41,349 nucleotides of DNA, from sequence record DRR723986_22372. One strand, written 5' to 3'. Below, piece by piece: positions 17,910 through 27,137 of the stretch. The first letter of the stretch is position 1. Each line of letters begins with the position of its first letter. Below the pieces are notes generated by a model. The model searched no databases and was not told where the DNA came from. It saw nothing but the letters and a program-made list of their open reading frames with translations. The position numbers were made by a program, and so were the translations under genes.

Positions 17910-19577
17910 ATGAAGAGAACCCGAGCACACGAATCCAGAGCCGCGATCGAGCGATTGTACATTACAATGAGGCACCTTTTTACTAGAGGCAGCTACAAAC
18001 CGATGGGAGTATCAGGTGAAAGTCTGGTGGATGCCCTACGGGTATTGAGTCCTGAGATCTATGGATTGGTGACGGACAATGAAAAGATCGAATTAGACGG
18101 CCTGCTCTATGTGATGGAGCGACTTCCGAGAGGGATAGAAGAATGTAGATTTGTGCGCCTGATCAGTCGGGAGGGCTACGAAACGTCCAAACTGGAGGCT
18201 ATCGTACCCGCCAAGCGTAAGCGGAATTGCTATCGACTGGACGAGCATATCATGTATGTGGAAATGACCCGAGGTCGTTCTGATATTTATGATATACTGA
18301 CACACTTGACTTTTTTGTACATAGAGTCCAACAAAATCTACAACAATAGCACTGATCCAAAAGGGAAGATTTCTACTAATTGGCTGATGCTGGAGGAATT
18401 TGTACAGAAAGAAGCCGCGGGAGAGGAGTTTGAAAGGGAAGCTGCAAGTGCTTATCTAAGTCACCTGATTGGAAGAACCTACGAAGAGACCATTCAGGCG
18501 GTTGATAAATTTGAGAAAAGTAGTAATTCCAATAGTCTTTTTTCCATTGTGTATCACATGGGTAAACTGGCACAGGAGGAGGCAACTAAAAATCTTGATC
18601 GTGAGATTTCATTTTCCACTACGCTGAGAGAACGCATCGGGCACCACGTATACGGGGAAATGTGGGCAAGGAGAATTAAGATTGCGCTAGATGAGCATGA
18701 CTTACTAAAGCGGCCAATCCACATTATCTCTGCGAATCTTCACTCGGTAGTGAATACAATCTACGCTCCTCAGTTATTAGGTCTGAAAAACTACGAAGCA
18801 CTTGAAAAAGTGGTAATGGATATTTCGGTTAAAGCTAAAAATAACAAGGGCGACGCAATTGATAAATATGCCGCAAAACATGGATTTATCAACCTGCCAG
18901 ATGAGTCAGGAACCAATATTGGCGCCCAGATTATAGATTCTGCGTTGTTGGAGAAAGATGAGTTGATTCCTGGTGTGAAATTACCTGTAGAAAAGGATAA
19001 AAGACCGGTATTCGTAGTGATGGATTATGCCTTCGGAGAGCAAGCATATGAATGTTTTGACGAGCTACTTAAGCCTTACGAGAAGGATGGTAAGTCTATT
19101 CCTTTGGATGTGGTTTCTACTTCTATCATGGGTAAGGCGGGAATTCTATACGGAGGTAAAGGTGATTTGATGATTCCAAATGCACACGTTTTTGAAGGGA
19201 CAGCGGATAATTACCCATTCAAAAATGAATTGAAGAAAGCCGATTTTGAAGGTTTTGGATTAGGTGTATATGAAGGTCCAATGATCTCGGTGTTAGGGAC
19301 ATCTCTTCAAAACAAAGATATTCTAACCTACTTTATGCAGTCTTCCTGGAAAGCAGTTGGTCTGGAGATGGAAGGAGCTCACTACCAGAAAGCAATACAA
19401 TCGGCTTCAAAAATCAGAAGATCAATCCGATCAAATGTAAAAGTGCTTTACGCCTACTACGCTTCAGATAATCCGCTGGAGACTGGAAGTACGCTGGCTT
19501 CAGGTGCTTTGGGAATGGAAGGAGTAAGGCCAACTTACTTGATCACCTATAAGATCTTGGAGAAGCTTTTCGGGTAA
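17910..19577 (+). CDS. Conserved Bacteroidota protein (DUF6909-like) with a C-terminal nucleoside-phosphorylase-like region
   Basis: 555-aa ORF; C-terminal MGKAGIL…GDLMIP…LEMEG…YASDNPL resembles the purine/uridine phosphorylase superfamily. Confidence 0.7.
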   Translation: MKRTRAHESRAAIERLYITMRHLFTRGSYKPMGVSGESLVDALRVLSPEIYGLVTDNEKIELDGLLYVMERLPRGIEECRFVRLISREGYETSKLEAIVPAKRKRNCYRLDEHIMYVEMTRGRSDIYDILTHLTFLYIESNKIYNNSTDPKGKISTNWLMLEEFVQKEAAGEEFEREAASAYLSHLIGRTYEETIQAVDKFEKSSNSNSLFSIVYHMGKLAQEEATKNLDREISFSTTLRERIGHHVYGEMWARRIKIALDEHDLLKRPIHIISANLHSVVNTIYAPQLLGLKNYEALEKVVMDISVKAKNNKGDAIDKYAAKHGFINLPDESGTNIGAQIIDSALLEKDELIPGVKLPVEKDKRPVFVVMDYAFGEQAYECFDELLKPYEKDGKSIPLDVVSTSIMGKAGILYGGKGDLMIPNAHVFEGTADNYPFKNELKKADFEGFGLGVYEGPMISVLGTSLQNKDILTYFMQSSWKAVGLEMEGAHYQKAIQSASKIRRSIRSNVKVLYAYYASDNPLETGSTLASGALGMEGVRPTYLITYKILEKLFG

Positions 19578-19596
19578 ACTGCCTATAGCAAAGAAA

Positions 19597-19640
19597 AATT
19601 AAAAAGTGCTTGAGATGTAAATCTTGAGCACTTTTTAATT
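19597..19640. terminator. Intrinsic terminator between convergent genes
   Basis: AATTAAAAAGTGCTTGAGAT-GTAA-ATCTTGAGCACTTTTTAATT: 20-bp stem (2 G-U on the + strand) with a GNRA loop. Confidence 0.85.
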
Positions 19641-19652
19641 AAAGAACATTCC

Positions 19653-20144
19653 TTATACTTTGGGTTTTATTGGTATCCAAAACTCTTCTTCAGAATCCGG
19701 GTCATTATTCTTATACTTTTCTCCCATTACAGCAAAATGAGGCCTATTGTCAAGTTGATATTTTGAATTTGGAAGCCAATTTCCTAGAATATATTGATAC
19801 ATGGCAGGCGCTTCACTGTCTCTTCCTTTAAATGAAAATACCGCATATAATCCAGCGGGGATAATTAAACTTTCTAATCCAGTAGGTGAATCATCAATAG
19901 TTGAAACCGGAACAGCAGCCCATTTTTCAAAATTTGTAGCAGGATTGAATTGATCGAAGTAGGAGAGGGATGGATAGACTTCCACTGAATACAGCTCCTC
20001 TGATACCTTATTTTCAATTTCGTTTTTTCGAGGCATAAATTTCTGCCAAAGTTCCTGGGTTCTATTGCCAATAAAATTCATTTGAACTCGCATCCCAAGG
20101 AGCTTTTTTTCATCCAGAATTTGGATAGCAGGTTTTATCGACAT
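19653..20144 (-). CDS. GyrI-like small-molecule-binding domain protein (no HTH)
   Basis: LWQKFM, IPAGLYAVF, YILGNWLPNSKY.LDNRPHF, EEFWIPI. Confidence 0.88.
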   Translation of the reverse strand: MSIKPAIQILDEKKLLGMRVQMNFIGNRTQELWQKFMPRKNEIENKVSEELYSVEVYPSLSYFDQFNPATNFEKWAAVPVSTIDDSPTGLESLIIPAGLYAVFSFKGRDSEAPAMYQYILGNWLPNSKYQLDNRPHFAVMGEKYKNNDPDSEEEFWIPIKPKV

Positions 20145-20155
20145 AGTTGATGTGA

Positions 20156-20818
20156 TTAATGGATTGCTTTGATTTCTTTTTCGAGAAGGCGACTAATTGC
20201 TTCTCCAAGCTTTTTATATCCTGCAGGGGAATAGTGCACGTCATTTGAGCCTATGCCATATTTCTTGTGTATTTTGACAGACTTTTTATAGATATCATTT
20301 ATACCAACATCATGCTTTTTCATAACAGCCATTGCAGCAGCATTGTACTTTTCTGGATCAGAAGAGAATCTTCCTGCTTCTTCTTCAGGCACGTATGAGG
20401 TAGTGACAAAGATCAACTTTGCATCTGTTTTAGACTTGATTAAAGTAACTAAGGAATCCAGGTTTGCAGCATACTCGTCAACTGTAAAAGTGACTTTTCC
20501 ATTAATTTTATCCCGATTTCCATATGCTTTTGCATCAGAATGTCGATATGCTAGATCCCAAAGTCCCCAGTTGAATTGCACTATATCCCAATCTTTATCA
20601 CCTAGCCATTCGTCAATTTTTTCCAGCCCAGTGCCCGTATGTTGCGCATTTCCAGGATTGTGGGCCACTACAGCTTTACCCTTAAAATATTCCTGTACGA
20701 AAGGTGTGTATCCAATCGAAATAGAATCCCCAATAATCAAAATATTCGTCTGATTTGAGATTAATCCACTTGAGCAAAGTGTGATTATTATTAGCGCTGA
20801 AAGGATTGTCTTTTTCAT
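20156..20818 (-). CDS. Exported SGNH/GDSL hydrolase
   Basis: Signal peptide; IGDSIS, FNWGLWD, NDVHY (DxH). Confidence 0.88.
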   Translation of the reverse strand: MKKTILSALIIITLCSSGLISNQTNILIIGDSISIGYTPFVQEYFKGKAVVAHNPGNAQHTGTGLEKIDEWLGDKDWDIVQFNWGLWDLAYRHSDAKAYGNRDKINGKVTFTVDEYAANLDSLVTLIKSKTDAKLIFVTTSYVPEEEAGRFSSDPEKYNAAAMAVMKKHDVGINDIYKKSVKIHKKYGIGSNDVHYSPAGYKKLGEAISRLLEKEIKAIH

Positions 20819-20950
20819 TCTTGAAGATAATTAGGCATATTGTTCTTTCCCAATTGATTATACAAATTCACTTGTTAGGCTTTCTAGTATGAACTCAACC
20901 GCATTACATGGCAATCCTGAGCAGTCTTTGTGTCTTAGAAAACTCAACTA

Positions 20951-20983
20951 TTTGTGTTTCTGTACAATTAGGGGCTATATTTG
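20951..20983 (+). promoter_or_regulatory. Bacteroidota -33/-7 promoter of the DEAD-box helicase
   Basis: TTTG (20951-20954), 21-nt spacer, TATATTTG (20976-20983). Confidence 0.7.
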
Positions 20984-21034
20984 AGCAGACGTAAAAGATA
21001 ACGTCGCTTTTTACAATACTTCACTCACCACATT

Positions 21035-22429
21035 TTGGACTTCTCATCATTTAATTTCGAAACCTCGCTCCAAGAAGGACTTGACGCAATGGGTTTTGAA
21101 AAACCAACTCCAATCCAGGAAAAGGCCATTCCGGTCATTATGGAAAACAATGATCTTATCGCATGTGCCCAGACTGGGACCGGTAAGACAGCTGCATTTA
21201 TTCTACCTATACTTAATAAAATAAGTAAGGATGGAACGAGCACATTGAATACACTTATTCTCGCACCAACTCGTGAACTTGCCATTCAGATAGATCAGCA
21301 AATTCAAGGATTTGCCTACTTCTTAGGTATTAGCTCTATTCCGATTTACGGAGGAGGAGACGGCATCGTCTGGGAGCAGCAAAAGAAGGCTCTTGAAACA
21401 GGAGCTGAAATCATTGTCGCTACTCCTGGTCGCTTGATTGCTCTTCTTGCTGGCGGTAAAATAGATTTATCAACACTAGAGCATTTGATTCTGGACGAAG
21501 CGGATCGAATGATGGATATGGGATTTTCGGATGATATCCTGAAAATCGTCAATTACCTCCCAAAGAATCGTCAGACTATTTTATTCTCTGCTACTATGCC
21601 TCCGAAGATCAGGCAGTTTAGCATGAAGTTTCTGAATAACCCTGCTGAGATATCTATTGCGATAGGAAAGACGGCAAAGGGAGTTACCCAATCTATGTAT
21701 TCTGTATATGATACGCAGAAAGAGGAATTGGTCAGAAACATACTTTCTCAAAAAGCTTACGAAGCGGTAATAATTTTCGCCTCTACTAAGGATAAGGTAA
21801 AATCACTCTATAAAGTATTAAGAAAGCAATTTGAAATTGAAGCTTTCCATTCAGACCTAGAGCAAGTAGAGCGGGAGAAGATTATGTCTGCTTTCAAAAA
21901 CAAGTCTGTCAAAATTTTGATTGGTACAGATATCATTTCCCGAGGAATAGATGTGGTAGGAATCGAATTGGTAATCAATTACGATACACCTTCCGATCCT
22001 GAGGACTACGTGCATAGAGTAGGACGTACAGCCAGAGCCGATATGGAAGGTGAAGCGATTACTTTCGTAAATCCTAAGGATCAGTATAAGTTTGATAATA
22101 TTGAAAAGCTGATTGGGATGAAAATCACCCAAATGCCACTTCCTGAGGGATTCGAAGCTGGTCCTACTTACACCGGAACTGCTTCAAAAGGGAAGACTGA
22201 CTTTGGGTCAAAAAAGAAGTCCGGTTTTAATAAAAACAAAAAATCAGGATCTGGAGGAAATAGAAAGCCTTTTCCTAGAAGAGAAAATTCAAATTCTGAA
22301 GCGCCAAAGGATGCTAATCCTAAACCAGTAGAAGCAAAAAAGCCAGTTGAGCCAAAAACAACTTCTGAACCTAATCAGGCAAAGCCCGGGAAATTTGGAA
22401 GACGTAAAAATGTGATAGATCCAGAATAA
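21035..22429 (+). CDS. DEAD-box RNA helicase with a basic low-complexity C-terminal tail (TTG start)
   Basis: Q motif GFEKPTPIQ, AQTGTGKT, PTRELA, TPGR, DEAD, SAT, RGID, HRVGRTAR. Confidence 0.95.
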   Translation: MDFSSFNFETSLQEGLDAMGFEKPTPIQEKAIPVIMENNDLIACAQTGTGKTAAFILPILNKISKDGTSTLNTLILAPTRELAIQIDQQIQGFAYFLGISSIPIYGGGDGIVWEQQKKALETGAEIIVATPGRLIALLAGGKIDLSTLEHLILDEADRMMDMGFSDDILKIVNYLPKNRQTILFSATMPPKIRQFSMKFLNNPAEISIAIGKTAKGVTQSMYSVYDTQKEELVRNILSQKAYEAVIIFASTKDKVKSLYKVLRKQFEIEAFHSDLEQVEREKIMSAFKNKSVKILIGTDIISRGIDVVGIELVINYDTPSDPEDYVHRVGRTARADMEGEAITFVNPKDQYKFDNIEKLIGMKITQMPLPEGFEAGPTYTGTASKGKTDFGSKKKSGFNKNKKSGSGGNRKPFPRRENSNSEAPKDANPKPVEAKKPVEPKTTSEPNQAKPGKFGRRKNVIDPE

Positions 22430-22456
22430 GCGATTTGTATAGCGATTGTTATTATG

Positions 22457-22490
22457 AAGTACTTCAAGTAAATTGAAGTACTTTTTATTT
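22457..22490 (+). terminator. Intrinsic terminator after the helicase
   Basis: AAGTACTTCAA-GTAAA-TTGAAGTACTT, a perfect 11-bp stem followed by TTTATTTTT. Confidence 0.65.
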
Positions 22491-22505
22491 TTAAACCTCA
22501 TAGCA

Positions 22506-23333
22506 ATGCAATACATAAAACTCAAATCAAGGGGTTCCTCTGTATCATTTTTACAGGAGCTCCTTAGAAAGATCGGTTACGATACTCCTTCTTCCGGTTA
22601 TTTTGGAGTTGAGACAGAAGTAGCTGTCAAGGATTTCCAGAGCAAAAATCTCCTCGTTGTGGATGGTGAGGTGGGAATCAAAACATGGACGATGCTGTTT
22701 GATAAGACCAAACCTGCAGATGTGTTTGGTGGTATTTTTCTTGGTGAGCAAGATTTGATAGATTTTGCAAAAAGATATCAAGTAGATCTTGCAGCTGTCA
22801 AAGCTGTAAATGAAGTAGAAAGCTCAGGGAAAGGCTTTTTTATCGATGGAAGGCCAAAGATTTTGTTTGAGGGACATATTTTTTGGAGGCAGTTGAAAGC
22901 TAGGGGAGTTAATCCAGAAGATTTTGTCAACAGTTCTAATGAAAATGTGCTGTATAAAAGCTACAATAAAAAGCACTATTTAGGTGGTTCTAGGGAATAT
23001 GAGCGCCTAGAGCAGGCAGCTTCTATTTCTCCTGATCCCAGATTCAGAGAGGCAGCTTTAGCTTCTGCATCTTGGGGAAGCTATCAGGTAATGGGATTTC
23101 ACGCGGTTTCGCTTGGTTATCCGTCCGTCCAGCAATTTGTTGATGAAATGTACAAGCACGAGCGAAATCACCTAGAAGTATTTGGTCGATACATCTTGAC
23201 AAATGGTTGTTTGGCCTATTTGCAGGAAAAAAATTGGGCGAAATTCGCCGCATGCTACAATGGCCCAGCGTATGCTACAAATAAATATGACGAAAAGATG
23301 GCTAAGGCCTACATTAAATATAATAGCCAATAA
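22506..23333 (+). CDS. Peptidoglycan-binding domain plus N-acetylmuramidase (DUF3380 type)
   Basis: ATG 22506; PG_binding_1 pattern (V..LQELL…G.FG..TE.AVKDFQ…L.VDGEVG.KTW); muramidase motifs AVNEVESSG.GF, PKILFEGHIF, SASWG.YQVMGF, W..FA..YNGP.Y..N.YD. Confidence 0.9.
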   Translation: MQYIKLKSRGSSVSFLQELLRKIGYDTPSSGYFGVETEVAVKDFQSKNLLVVDGEVGIKTWTMLFDKTKPADVFGGIFLGEQDLIDFAKRYQVDLAAVKAVNEVESSGKGFFIDGRPKILFEGHIFWRQLKARGVNPEDFVNSSNENVLYKSYNKKHYLGGSREYERLEQAASISPDPRFREAALASASWGSYQVMGFHAVSLGYPSVQQFVDEMYKHERNHLEVFGRYILTNGCLAYLQEKNWAKFAACYNGPAYATNKYDEKMAKAYIKYNSQ

Positions 23334-23339
23334 AAACTT

Positions 23340-23801
23340 ATGATACTTGAAGAATTAATTCAACTTTTTGAGCGGGATATTGAGCGATTGAAATTAGAAA
23401 TCAACGCCTATTCCAAGGAAGAAAATCTATGGAAAGTTGATCACAACATTACCAATTCAGCTGGCAACCTTTGCCTTCATTTGATAGGAAATATGTCTCA
23501 TTTTGTAGGAAAAGAGATAGGCGGATTCGACTACACTAGAGATCGAGAGTTTGAATTTGCTGGGAAGAATGTTCCAAAAGCTGATTTAGTTGCTATGGTG
23601 GAGAAACTTCAAAATGTAGTGACCGCCAGCCTGGAAGGTCTGGATGAGAGCATGTTAGATAAGGATTATCCGTTGGAAGTACTTGGCGGTAAAATGTCTT
23701 ACAATTTTTTCCTTATTCACCTCTTTGGGCACTTCGGCTATCATCTAGGCCAAATCAATTATCACAGGAGATTACTGGATAAGGAATATAAAACAGCTTG
23801 A
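23340..23801 (+). CDS. DinB/DUF1572-like protein
   Basis: NSAGNLCLHLIGN, RDREFEF, H.GYHLGQI.Y His motifs. Confidence 0.85.
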   Translation: MILEELIQLFERDIERLKLEINAYSKEENLWKVDHNITNSAGNLCLHLIGNMSHFVGKEIGGFDYTRDREFEFAGKNVPKADLVAMVEKLQNVVTASLEGLDESMLDKDYPLEVLGGKMSYNFFLIHLFGHFGYHLGQINYHRRLLDKEYKTA

Positions 23802-23838
23802 ACCAAAAAAGTCCCGATAATTCGGGACTTTTTTGGTT
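23801..23838. terminator. Bidirectional intrinsic terminator
   Basis: Perfect 17-bp inverted repeat AACCAAAAAAGTCCCGA-TAAT-TCGGGACTTTTTTGGTT between convergent genes. Confidence 0.92.
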
Positions 23839-23855
23839 TGAAGAGATAGTAAATC

Positions 23856-25748
23856 CTAGTAAAGTACTCTAAAGCGGATTGTTCCTGGAATTTGTTTCAA
23901 CGCATCAATCGCCTCGGTGGAGTAGGCCTTATCTATATCTGTGATCACATAACCGATTTTCTCGTTTGTCTTCAAGTATTGACCAACGATGTTAATTTCG
24001 AAGTTTGCCAAGACCTGGTTGATTTTAGCTAATACGCCAGGCTCATTCAAATGGATATGGATTAGTCTATGTGCGTTCTGTAGGAAAGGAAGCTGAATAT
24101 TCGGGAAGTTTACTGAGTTGTACGTATTACCGGTATTAATATATTCCATGATTTTCCCTGGTACAAATCGCGCAATGTTCTCCTGAGCTTCGGAGGTACT
24201 ACCACCAATATGCGGGGTCAGAATCGTGTTTGGAAGACCAATGAGTTCTGAAGTCAATGGTTCTGTGTTATTTTTCGGTTCTTCAGGAAAAACATCCACT
24301 GCACAGCCTGCAAGATGACCGGAAAGGATGGCATCTCTTAGAGCTGGTATCTCCACGACATGTCCACGGCTTAGATTAAGTAATATTGCTCCTTTCTTCA
24401 TCAAGGCAATTTTCGATCTGTCCAAGATGTTTTCGTTCTCTTTTCTACCATCCACATGTAAGGTAATCACGTCGCAGGTACTTAGAAGCTCATCTAGACT
24501 TTCGATTTTAGTTGCATTTCCCAGTGCCAAGCGCTCAATTACATCGTAATAGAATACGTTCATCCCCATGTTCTCAGCTAGGACTGAAAGTTGGGCGCCA
24601 ATATTACCATAACCGATAATTCCCAATTTTTTACCTCTGATTTCGAAGCTTCCAGTTGCTGATTTATCCCATTTGCCCTGGTGCAGTGCGGCAGTTTTAT
24701 CTGCAAAACCTCTCATTAGGAAAATGATCTCAGCGATTGCCATTTCCACTACAGATCTGGTGTTACTGAATGGCGCATTGAAAACTGCAATACCTTTCTC
24801 CTGGCACCCTTCCAAATCAATTTGGTTGGTTCCTATGCAGAAAGCTCCAACCGCGATCAATCGATTCGCGTTTTCCAAAACTTTACGGGTAATATTAGTT
24901 TTGGATCGAATACCAATGATGGAAACATTTTTGATTTTCTCGCAAAGTTCTTCCTCTGACATTGCCGAGCTTACAACTTCTACTTCGTAACCTTCTTCTT
25001 TGAGTAAATCGACACCGATTTGGTGGACATTTTCAAGGAGCAATACCTTGATTCTGCTTTTTGGGTAAGAGAATTTTGTGTTCAAATTATTGACGTATAA
25101 GATTTCATCCAAACTAGGTGCAATGTGGTCAGCCTCTTTGGTTACTTTAGGACGGTTTACATTTTCAGTAAATGCGTAAAACTTATTGGCTAGGCCTGAT
25201 TTCTTGATCTCATAATCCGTATAACCATCACCAATCACGTAGATTTCTCCTTCAAGATTGATTTTTTTGATGGTTTCGGCCTTTCCATTATTCTGGGAAA
25301 GAGGATTTTCTCTGTTGAAATCTACAATATTATCCGCATCATCATAGACAAATTCATTGGCAAAAACATTGTCTTGGTGAATTCCATAATCTCCTACAAT
25401 GGGAATTATGAAATCCTTAAAACCATTGGAAACGATGTAGATATTGTCCGCATTTTCCTGAAGGAATTCCTTATTTCGCTCAAAGGACTTGGAGACTTTT
25501 TGCTTCAAGGCAGATATTAAATCCGAGATTTGGGATTTGGTTGCTTTGAGGATATCAATCCGTTGGATCAAACTATCACGAAAGGTTACACTACCTTCCA
25601 TTCCTTTATCGGTGATATCCTTTATGGCTTTTAATTTTTCTTCTCTTTGTGGGTCATTTAGAAGACTGATTTCGCCAAGGATATCGAGTGCTTCTACTTG
25701 AGTAAATGTGCTATCAAAATCAATGATAAACTTTGTTGGATGAGGCAT
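23856..25748 (-). CDS. serA: Fusion of a HAD phosphoserine-phosphatase-like domain and D-3-phosphoglycerate dehydrogenase with ACT domain
   Basis: N-terminal DFDSTF and GDGYTD HAD motifs; SerA motifs GIRSKT, FCIGTNQ, NAPFSNTRSV, GIIGYGNIG, TPHIGGST.EAQ, ACT H.N.PGVL. ATG 25748 preferred. Confidence 0.93.
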   Translation of the reverse strand: MPHPTKFIIDFDSTFTQVEALDILGEISLLNDPQREEKLKAIKDITDKGMEGSVTFRDSLIQRIDILKATKSQISDLISALKQKVSKSFERNKEFLQENADNIYIVSNGFKDFIIPIVGDYGIHQDNVFANEFVYDDADNIVDFNRENPLSQNNGKAETIKKINLEGEIYVIGDGYTDYEIKKSGLANKFYAFTENVNRPKVTKEADHIAPSLDEILYVNNLNTKFSYPKSRIKVLLLENVHQIGVDLLKEEGYEVEVVSSAMSEEELCEKIKNVSIIGIRSKTNITRKVLENANRLIAVGAFCIGTNQIDLEGCQEKGIAVFNAPFSNTRSVVEMAIAEIIFLMRGFADKTAALHQGKWDKSATGSFEIRGKKLGIIGYGNIGAQLSVLAENMGMNVFYYDVIERLALGNATKIESLDELLSTCDVITLHVDGRKENENILDRSKIALMKKGAILLNLSRGHVVEIPALRDAILSGHLAGCAVDVFPEEPKNNTEPLTSELIGLPNTILTPHIGGSTSEAQENIARFVPGKIMEYINTGNTYNSVNFPNIQLPFLQNAHRLIHIHLNEPGVLAKINQVLANFEINIVGQYLKTNEKIGYVITDIDKAYSTEAIDALKQIPGTIRFRVLY

Positions 25749-25944
25749 GTGCAGGGTCAATAGGTTAATTCGAGTGTAAAATTACAGGATTGTTAAAAAA
25801 ATCGAAGTTTTATTGAAAAAATTGTTTCAAATCTTTTTCGCAATCGATTTATTTGTAATAGATAGGCTAAATAGGCAGGAATTCCGAATTGCTATTAGTT
25901 TGCCAAACATTTATCTTATTCTTTTTCTCTCCAATTCTTAAGCG

Positions 25945-25952
25945 TATTTTTG
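25945..25952 (+). promoter_or_regulatory. Candidate -7 promoter element
   Basis: TATTTTTG ending 20 nt upstream of ATG 25972. Confidence 0.55.
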
Positions 25953-25971
25953 GGAACAAATCATTATTACC

Positions 25972-26490
25972 ATGAAGAAATCATATTTAGTTATACTTAG
26001 CTTAGGAATTGTATTAAATACTTCCTGTCAAAATCAAAAAGCTGATTCTATTTCAGAAGAAATAATTACAGAAGAAAGCACTGCTAAAGAAATCCCTGGA
26101 AACTATGGAGCAGATCTAGAACTTGCTGATGTAGTTTCTCCAGCAGAAATGATTTCAGTTGTAGAAAAGGAAGGAAACTTTGAAGGTAAGATTGCTGGTG
26201 AGATAAAGGAGGTATGTACCAAAAAAGGCTGTTGGCTTACTATGGATCTTCCAAACGGTGAAAGCATGCGAGTAACCTTTAAGGATTATGGTTTCTTTGT
26301 TCCGACTACATCTCAGGGTTATCCTATCATTTTGGAAGGAGTAGCAGTATTGACTGAGACAGATGTTGAGACCTTAAGACACTACGCTGAGGATGGAGGC
26401 ATGAGTAAAGAAGAAGTAGCTGCTATTACCGAACCTAAGCGTGAAATTACCTTTGAGGCTGTTGGAGTTGTGATTAAAGATAAAGCTTAA
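25972..26490 (+). CDS. DUF4920-like lipoprotein
   Basis: Lipobox LNTSC; VCTKKGCW, VTFKDYGFFVP, LRHYAED, FEAVGV. Confidence 0.8.
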   Translation: MKKSYLVILSLGIVLNTSCQNQKADSISEEIITEESTAKEIPGNYGADLELADVVSPAEMISVVEKEGNFEGKIAGEIKEVCTKKGCWLTMDLPNGESMRVTFKDYGFFVPTTSQGYPIILEGVAVLTETDVETLRHYAEDGGMSKEEVAAITEPKREITFEAVGVVIKDKA

Positions 26491-26495
26491 GTTAT

Positions 26496-26702
26496 ATGCC
26501 AATAGCGCTTGATAACCTGCGTGTAGGTAGAAAATACCAATTAATCAACATGGGAGAAATCAGACAATTGGAGATTATCTCCCGTCTGAGAGGTACTAAT
26601 TTCAAAGTGAAGGATCTAGATACTCTGGAATTTTACACGATAGAAGAGTTATTACAGTGGGGAATAGGCAAAGACTACGATATCGATGAAATTTATCGAT
26701 AG
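26496..26702 (+). CDS. Small hypothetical protein (68 aa)
   Basis: ATG start 5 nt after the upstream stop; fills an operon gap; ordinary composition. Confidence 0.7.
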   Translation: MPIALDNLRVGRKYQLINMGEIRQLEIISRLRGTNFKVKDLDTLEFYTIEELLQWGIGKDYDIDEIYR

Positions 26703-26762
26703 AATAAATGGCCAGCGTGATTTCCCTTTTTGACAACCATTCTATTTTCATTAAAACCAGAT

Positions 26763-27137
26763 ATGAGTAATAAAAGTACTATTAAGGCTATTGCAAAGGC
26801 AAAATGTCCACAATGTCACGAAGGAGATTTATTCTCAGTTCCTTTATATAGCTATCGCAAATTGTCTCATGTCAATAAGTCTTGTGCGGTATGTGGGGCA
26901 AATTTTCATGCAGAGCCGGATTTTTTCTATGGTGCAATGTATGTCAGCTATGCATTCTCAGTGGCGCTGGTAATCACAACTATGGTGGTTTTGAATGTAT
27001 TGCTAGAGCGACCGGAGGTTTGGATGTATCTCACCACTGTAGCTATTTCAAATGTAATTTTACTACCCTTGATGCTTCGATACTCGAAAGTTTTATATCT
27101 GTATAATGTAGGTAAGTTGAAATACCGAGGCTACTGA
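26763..27137 (+). CDS. DUF983-like protein (CxxC…CxxC zinc ribbon plus two TM helices)
   Basis: KCPQCHEGDLF, CAVCG, EPDFFYGAMYVSY; ATG 26763. Confidence 0.85.
   Translation: MSNKSTIKAIAKAKCPQCHEGDLFSVPLYSYRKLSHVNKSCAVCGANFHAEPDFFYGAMYVSYAFSVALVITTMVVLNVLLERPEVWMYLTTVAISNVILLPLMLRYSKVLYLYNVGKLKYRGY

Noticed and set aside
22190-22429. Repetitive Lys/Pro/Glu-rich DNA at the helicase 3' end
   Set aside because: Ordinary low-complexity basic tail of DEAD-box helicases, not a repeat array.
22473-23801. Prophage remnant around the muramidase
   Set aside because: No integrase, structural, holin or att-like features; the flanks are housekeeping genes.
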